A stretch of 64,000 bases of DNA from Podarcis muralis (taxonomy: Eukaryota), in the NCBI RefSeq assembly GCF_964188315.1, contig NC_135670.1, forward strand, positions 26,164,001-26,228,000, written 5' to 3'. The notes under the pieces were generated by a model that was given only the letters and a program-made list of their open reading frames with translations, was not told the origin of the DNA and did no database searches. Shown in pieces: positions 58,423 through 64,000 of this stretch (positions within the stretch are counted from its first letter, which is position 1; the number at the start of each line of letters is the position of its first letter). Made by a program: the position numbers and the translations under genes.

Positions 58423-58769
58423 GATGGAAATCCCCATGGTCGCAGTGCATCCTGGGGACTGTGGTCCAGACCTCGTGGCTCAGCCCTTCCCTAGCCCGGT
58501 GCCCTCGGAATTGGACTACAACTCCCAGTAGCATAGCCAGATGATACTGGGTCCGATTGGAGCATTACTGTGCTGCCTGGGGCTGATGGGAGTTGTAGTC
58601 CAAAACTGTTGAATGGCGAAAACGACCCTAAATGTCTTCATTGGGCTGGTCAGCATATGTGTGGAATACAGAACACAGAACACTTAATTCACCGTCAGAG
58701 AGTGATAAGAAAAATAACAAAGAAAGGCGGGTTTGGCTTAATTTATATTATATATAAGCCCCGCTGATA

Positions 58770-58960
58770 GCTTTAGATCGTCCATCCATCACATAGGTGG
58801 CCTTCTCCTCAGTCTTTTGAAATTGTAAGGTTTCCATACTGACACTGCTTTTCTCCACTGGCCCGAGGCGCCTCATAACATATCTTGCATATGTCCATCT
58901 CAACTTCGCAGACTTTTTGGCTACACATAAATTTCAACATTTGTCTCACCCAGTTATTAG
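58770..58960 (-). mobile_element. Degenerate RTE-clade LINE 3' fragment
   Basis: Remnant of KLRWT..WKP..KR.RR.P..WMDDLK. Confidence 0.5.
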
Positions 58961-59169
58961 TTTAATGATATTACTATAACATGCCACGTTCCATGGCATG
59001 CTGTGTTGCTCTCACGCTGCTAAGGCTTGCCAAGACAAAAATGTATAGCAGGCGTCAGAAACAGCAGCAGCACCTCATCAAGAGGCAGGGAGTTCCGAAG
59101 TGCAAATGCTGCCACACCGTGTCATGAATCCTTCATTCTCCTCCTCCTCGTCGTCTATTTCCATACATT

Positions 59170-59690
59170 CAAGTGACGTGGCCCTGGGCTCGGCCCCACC
59201 TTTCTCACAGAGCTAGGCCCGGGCTCCGAGGAAGCAGCCGCCTCCGTAGAGTGGCGGGCCTTTTGGCAGGCGGAACCTTTGTCGCGGCTGCCTCCGGGGC
59301 AGTAGGGAGAGCCCTTTGCGCCGGGGGACGGCGTGTGCCCTTGGGATAAGGGACCCCCTTTCCTGTTGTGGGGCCGGGCTTCCGGCTAGGGGAAGAAATC
59401 AGGTGACAGTTGCCGTTCGGGCGGAGGTGGAGTTCGAGAGAGCGAAGGGCCGCGAGCGGCGGAAGGCGCCAGCCGGAGGAGCCCGCGCCGACTCCGGTGA
59501 GAGCCCCGCAGGAGGCAAAGGGGGAGGCCCCCCGAGGTCGGCGAAGGGGGAGCTTGACCTTGGCCGGGCCGGGGGCCTGTCAGGAGAGAATTCCCGCCTT
59601 GGGATCAGGTGCCGGGGCTCCGTCTCGCCTCCTGCTCTCTGTGGGGTGGGGGGTATAGGGGTCGAGGCTGCTGGTCAGGCTCAGTACGTT
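59170..59690. promoter_or_regulatory. CpG island, probable C12orf43 promoter (possibly bidirectional)
   Basis: GC- and CpG-rich, repeat-free stretch about 750 nt upstream of the C12orf43 ATG, with TGACGT and CGGAA motifs. Confidence 0.7.
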
Positions 59691-59713
59691 GCCTTTCATC
59701 ATCCCCTCATGTA

Positions 59714-59934
59714 CAGTGGTACCTCAGGTTACATACGCTTCAGGTTACAGACTAACCCAGAAATAGTGCTTCAGGTTAAGAACTTTGCTTCAGGATGAGA
59801 ACAGAAATGGTGCTTCGGCGGCGCGGCAGCAGCAGGAGGCCCCATTAGCTAAAGTGGTGCTTCAGGTTAAGAACAGTTTCAGGTTAAGGACGGACCTCCG
59901 GTATGAATTAAGTACTTAACCCGAGGTACCACTG
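59714..59934. mobile_element. Tigger-like MITE
   Basis: CAGTGGTACCTC..GAGGTACCACTG with TA TSD. Confidence 0.88.
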
Positions 59935-60186
59935 TAAAGGGGGGGGGGCTCGTCTGGCTGACCACTGTTGGAAACGGAATACTGGAATCTCCATGGATCC
60001 CAGCTTGGCCCAATCCAGCTGGGTAGGGAGGGAGAGCCTATCAGTGGTAGGATAGCCGAATACAGCCTTATTTCCACCAACGTTATTGTTGTTGTTGTAG
60101 CCAAATACTGTAGAGCCTTATTCTCCCCAACATTGTTGTTGTTGTTGTTGTAGCTGAACAGAACCTTATTTTCCCCAACATTATTA

Positions 60187-60417
60187 CAGTGGTACCTCGG
60201 GTTAAGAACTTAATTCGTTCTGGAGGTCAGTTCTTAACCTGAAACTGTTCTTAACCTGAGGTTTGACTTTAGCTAATGGGGCCTCCCACTGCCACCGCAC
60301 GATTTCGGTTCTCATCCTGAAGCAAATTTCTTAACCTGAGGTACTATTTCTGGGTTAGCAGAGTCTATAACCTGAAGCGCCTGTAACCTGAAGTGTCTGT
60401 AACCTGAGGTACCACTG
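60187..60417. mobile_element. Tigger-like MITE, inverted relative to the 59714 copy
   Basis: Same TIRs with TA TSD; internal sequence in opposite orientation. Confidence 0.88.
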
Positions 60418-62310
60418 TATTGCTATTATTTATTATATCCTACCTTTTCTCCGAGGAGCTCTAAGTGTCTGGCACGTTCCTCCCCTTGTCCATTTTATCC
60501 TCGCAACAACCCTGTGAGGTAGGTTAGGACTAGAGAGACAGTGACTGGCCCAAAGTCTCCCAGTGAGTTTCATGGCTGTGGTGGGATTTGAACCTTAGTC
60601 TCTCTCCCAGGTCCTGGTCCAACACTGTAGCTGCTGTGGTATACTGGCTGTCTTATGCCGAAGACTTGGCATGTTTGCACTGTGGCTTTTATTTGTTTCG
60701 TAGAATCTATATACTGTTTGATTGTAAAAAAAAGGGGGGGGGGAAATGCCTCAAAGCAGTTTACTCTCTTTCTCTTCATATATAATGATTGTTAAAAACA
60801 ACTGCTTAAAACATTTAAAAATAAAACCATTGAAAAACAACAAACAGATTAAAACTCGCACAAAATCTTCACACTTGAGATGTATTCTTTTGGGACCCTC
60901 CTCATTTCTGTGATTGTAAATGGTCTGCAACAGGAATTGCAGGATTTGATGCATTCAAGGAGGAGGAGGGCTCTGCAGACATTTATTGGCCATGGTAGCA
61001 AATTGGAACCGTCATGTTCAGGGACAGTATCTACCTCTGAATATCAGTTGCTATAGGGTATGGGGGATGGGCTGTCAACTTCAAGTTCTTTTAAAAAATA
61101 CACTTTACTGGTATTTAGGAAAGTGCACACCTTCATGTCCTTTCTGAAAGCACCAAGGTGACCATGTTTGAAAGCAGGATACTGGACTAGATGAACCAAC
61201 AGCCCAGCACACTACCTCTTTTACTTTTTAAACTTTAAAATGTACTTCTTGCCTTGTAGTGCAGAGTGAGGAAGAGAGGTGCCCCTCCCCACTCACTGCA
61301 TTCCTGTGGTGATCAGTTACAGGGAGGCCTAAAAAAACCAAAGATTTTGGGATTCAGAATAGCGTGTAGACTTCCATGTTATCAGACTGAAGTGTTTTTT
61401 CCTGCAGTTTTCCCTCTTGGGTCTGTGCATCACTTGGGTATTCTCTGATTGTAGAGTGGCTAATAAATTCTGAAATAAAATAGAATAGAGTAGCAGCTTG
61501 GAAAATGAACCCTCTTCTTGTAATGAACAGATTTCAACATTAAAAGACTAGCGATATATCCAGCACAATGTAACCAAGCCAGGATTGCTGTCAGTATGCT
61601 TTTTAATGGCATGTAGCCATAGCTTTCAGTTCTAAACTTTTAAAAGGCTTGTTTTTTGTGTGTTTCCCAAAGACTTCATTTCCCTCTGTATCAGGCCGTA
61701 TAGGCAAAAATTTGCTGTTATCTTGAATCTCTCGGGTCGCCCCAAGCCTTTACATCTTGGTACAGGCATAGTGCAAGACTCTTAACTGATACATGAAAAA
61801 TATTGAGTGAACTGGTCTTACTTAATTCCATTCAATTAGTGTTGTTCATTGTTAAGATTGTTTATAAATTCTGTGTAAGTGCTGGTGATTTATTCCTATG
61901 TGTTTCTTCATTTTTTTCCATTCAAAACCAGAGCATTTTGCAAAGACTGTTGGTAGAAGCTGCATTTGACTTGTGGAATTTTCTGATGTTGTTCCTCTAT
62001 TCTTCTTCAAGAATGGCCTTTGTGTGTCTCAGTTAAATGGCACAAATAAGTAAGTGCCATTGAGTTCAGCAGGGTTTACTCCCAATTAGTTACATAGTTA
62101 CATTAGTTACATAGGATGGTGGCTGCCTTCTGCCATGCTTGGGCATGTGCAGATATTGACCTTACTTTGTTGTTTCTGGAATCCGTCTGGCTCGGGAGAC
62201 AATGGAGGAGTGTGCCTTTAAGGGTGAAGTCAAAAGACTTTACTATAAATGTATTAATGCAGAACTATTCCAGACATGGAGATACGGTAGTTTACATGCA
62301 TGATCTAACA

Positions 62311-62656
62311 CAGTGTTTCCCAACCTTTTTTGGGCAAAGGCACACGGAGGTAGGCTGGTGTGCCGTGGGAGGGAGGCGGGCGAGTCGGGCGGCGAGCACA
62401 CGCGGGGCGGCGAGCGAGCTCCCTCCCACATCCCATCGCCGCTCGCTTCGGCCGGCCTACTGGGCTGTCGCAGGCGGAAGGCCTGCGCATGCGCGAGGTT
62501 TTCGCGCCTTCCTCCAGTAGGCCGGCCGAAGCGAGCGGCGATGGGATGTGGGAGCTCGCTCGCTCGCCGCCCCGCGTGTGCTCGCCGCCGCCGCCCCGCC
62601 TCTCGCCGCCCGAGTCGCCCGCCTCCGTCCCACGGAACACCGGTTGGGAAACACTG
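62311..62656. mobile_element. Young CpG-rich palindromic hAT MITE
   Basis: Perfect 15-bp TIR CAGTGTTTCCCAACC and perfect 8-bp TSD ATCTAACA at 62303-62310 and 62657-62664. Confidence 0.92.
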
Positions 62657-62796
62657 ATCTAACAGGTTAAATTGGATGTATATTTTTTCCAGAATAAAGG
62701 AATAATGCATGCTAAATGTTTTCTTAGGAACTAGATTCAGGTAGGTAGCCGTGTTGGTCTGACGCAGTTGAAATATATATATAAAAAACAAATAAT

Positions 62797-62904
62797 CCAG
62801 TGGCACCTTAGAGACCAACTAAGTTTGTTCTTGGTATAAGCTTTCATGTGCACACAAAAGCTTATACCAAGAACAAACTTAGTTGGTCTCTAAGGTGCTA
62901 CTGG
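62797..62904. repeat. 48-bp inverted repeat, probably a Penelope-like element end
   Basis: Arms 62797-62844 and 62857-62904 with one mismatch; a single copy of the same motif lies at about 36340-36410. Confidence 0.65.
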
Positions 62905-64000
62905 ACAATTTTTTTATTTTCTTAGGAGCTAGTATGTTAAGAGCGTGAAACGAACATCTGTGCAGGAGATCATATTGAGGTGATCTGGGCAGCCCCTCCC
63001 AAAGTTATCCAGTTAATCACCTGGTCTGGAAAAATGCTTTGGGTCCCTAATGTTCAGCCCTGCAAAGAGACAAAGAAATGTTTGAAAAATCATGTGTGTC
63101 AAAATACGAATTTTAGCTGCCTGGATGAGTGACCACCTGAGATTTTTCCAACCCTATTCCACAGGCATTGATTTTGTTTTGTTTTTAATGTTAGCTCGTT
63201 TGCTTCTAGTGAGCTGTGCATAATTAATCCAAAAGATTTTGTGGTCACAGATGACCAGACTTTGTTACAATGCTTATACACTATTTTACTTAAAGACTAT
63301 TTAAATAAAAATCAAACATATTTACTATGGAGTAAGTCCATTGAACAAACTGGGGTTACTTCCAAATAAGCATAGATAGGATTGTGCTGTCAAAGTGGCT
63401 TGAAGGCTCAGGATAGCTGAGAATTGCAAAACTGGAGCAAAGGTCCAAGGCAGTATAGTAGAATGGGAAATAGAGCCTCAAGAAGTCAACATGTAAATCA
63501 AGGTGTATGTATATCCTGGGTGCAGACACCTATATAAAAGGGTAACGTCCAGATTAGATAACTTCTCTCCAAAGCAGGAAACCACTAGTACGTTCATAAG
63601 CTTGCAGCTTAATGTTTCATGAGAAGTGCCCGGCTTAATAAAGGTGTGTGTGTGTGTGTGTTTTGCCACTTTTTTTCATTTAAAATGCATGCATGATTTT
63701 ACTAGCAGTGGCTGAACCACTGAAAAATCTGTAGAGCTCAGAAGCTGCATCTATTAAAGCTTGCTAGCTGATTGCAAGGCTGCCCTTTGGGAGCCCCCTG
63801 CAAAATGATGTAACTGAATGAAAAGAGTTCTGTTGAAATAGGTGCCTCCTCTTTCCCACTTGCGAAGTTCTGGTGATGTGGGCATTAAGCTGCTCTGGAC
63901 CCACTGTGGAGCTGCGTTCCCCTATGCAAAAAGCACCATTTCACAGGAGCCAAGTGGCGATGCAGATAAGGTCCCAGTTCAGTACTTGTGCTTTCTCCTT

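Noticed and set aside
59010-59165. Acidic mini-ORF MEIDDEEEENEGF.. on -
   Set aside because: It is under 30 codons, built on a (GAG)n repeat, and has no further support.
59316-59798. 160-aa and 82-aa ORFs in the CpG island
   Set aside because: They reflect stop-codon depletion in GC-rich DNA and have non-ATG starts.
62116-62818. Cluster of six ORFs on both strands
   Set aside because: All derive from the palindromic GC-rich MITE.
59700-64000. OASL or another neighbour expected from human synteny
   Set aside because: No recognisable coding exon was found in this interval.

Overview
Vertebrate genomic DNA. The Sauria-type SINEs with (TTACCT)n tails, a CORE-SINE, and the L1/L2/CR1 and Tigger/hAT MITE content point to a squamate, probably a lacertid lizard (inference). 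The window holds a complete 10-exon HNF1A gene on + (CDS 6846-25777, 1947 nt, 648 aa) with its conserved HNF4-site promoter. It also holds a complete 6-exon C12orf43/CUSTOS gene on - (CDS 58422-53796, 266 aa). These two genes are direct tail-to-tail neighbours in human. Here about 25 kb lies between them, containing: a duplicated, stop-inactivated copy of C12orf43 exon 1; a nest of solo LTRs; and a multi-exon minus-strand gene absent as a unit from the ORF track. That gene has phase-1-flanked exons, three of which carry a PLxxLxxxLxE-type motif resembling the KRBA1 repeat. It shows two apparent 1-nt frameshifts, an internal duplication and an assembly gap. HNF1A exon 5 appears extended by 18 codons including a Q7 tract. 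Exon boundaries were read by hand from splice signals and reading frame; repeat boundaries are approximate unless a TSD is quoted. No database search was run, so family names rest on recalled sequence knowledge.
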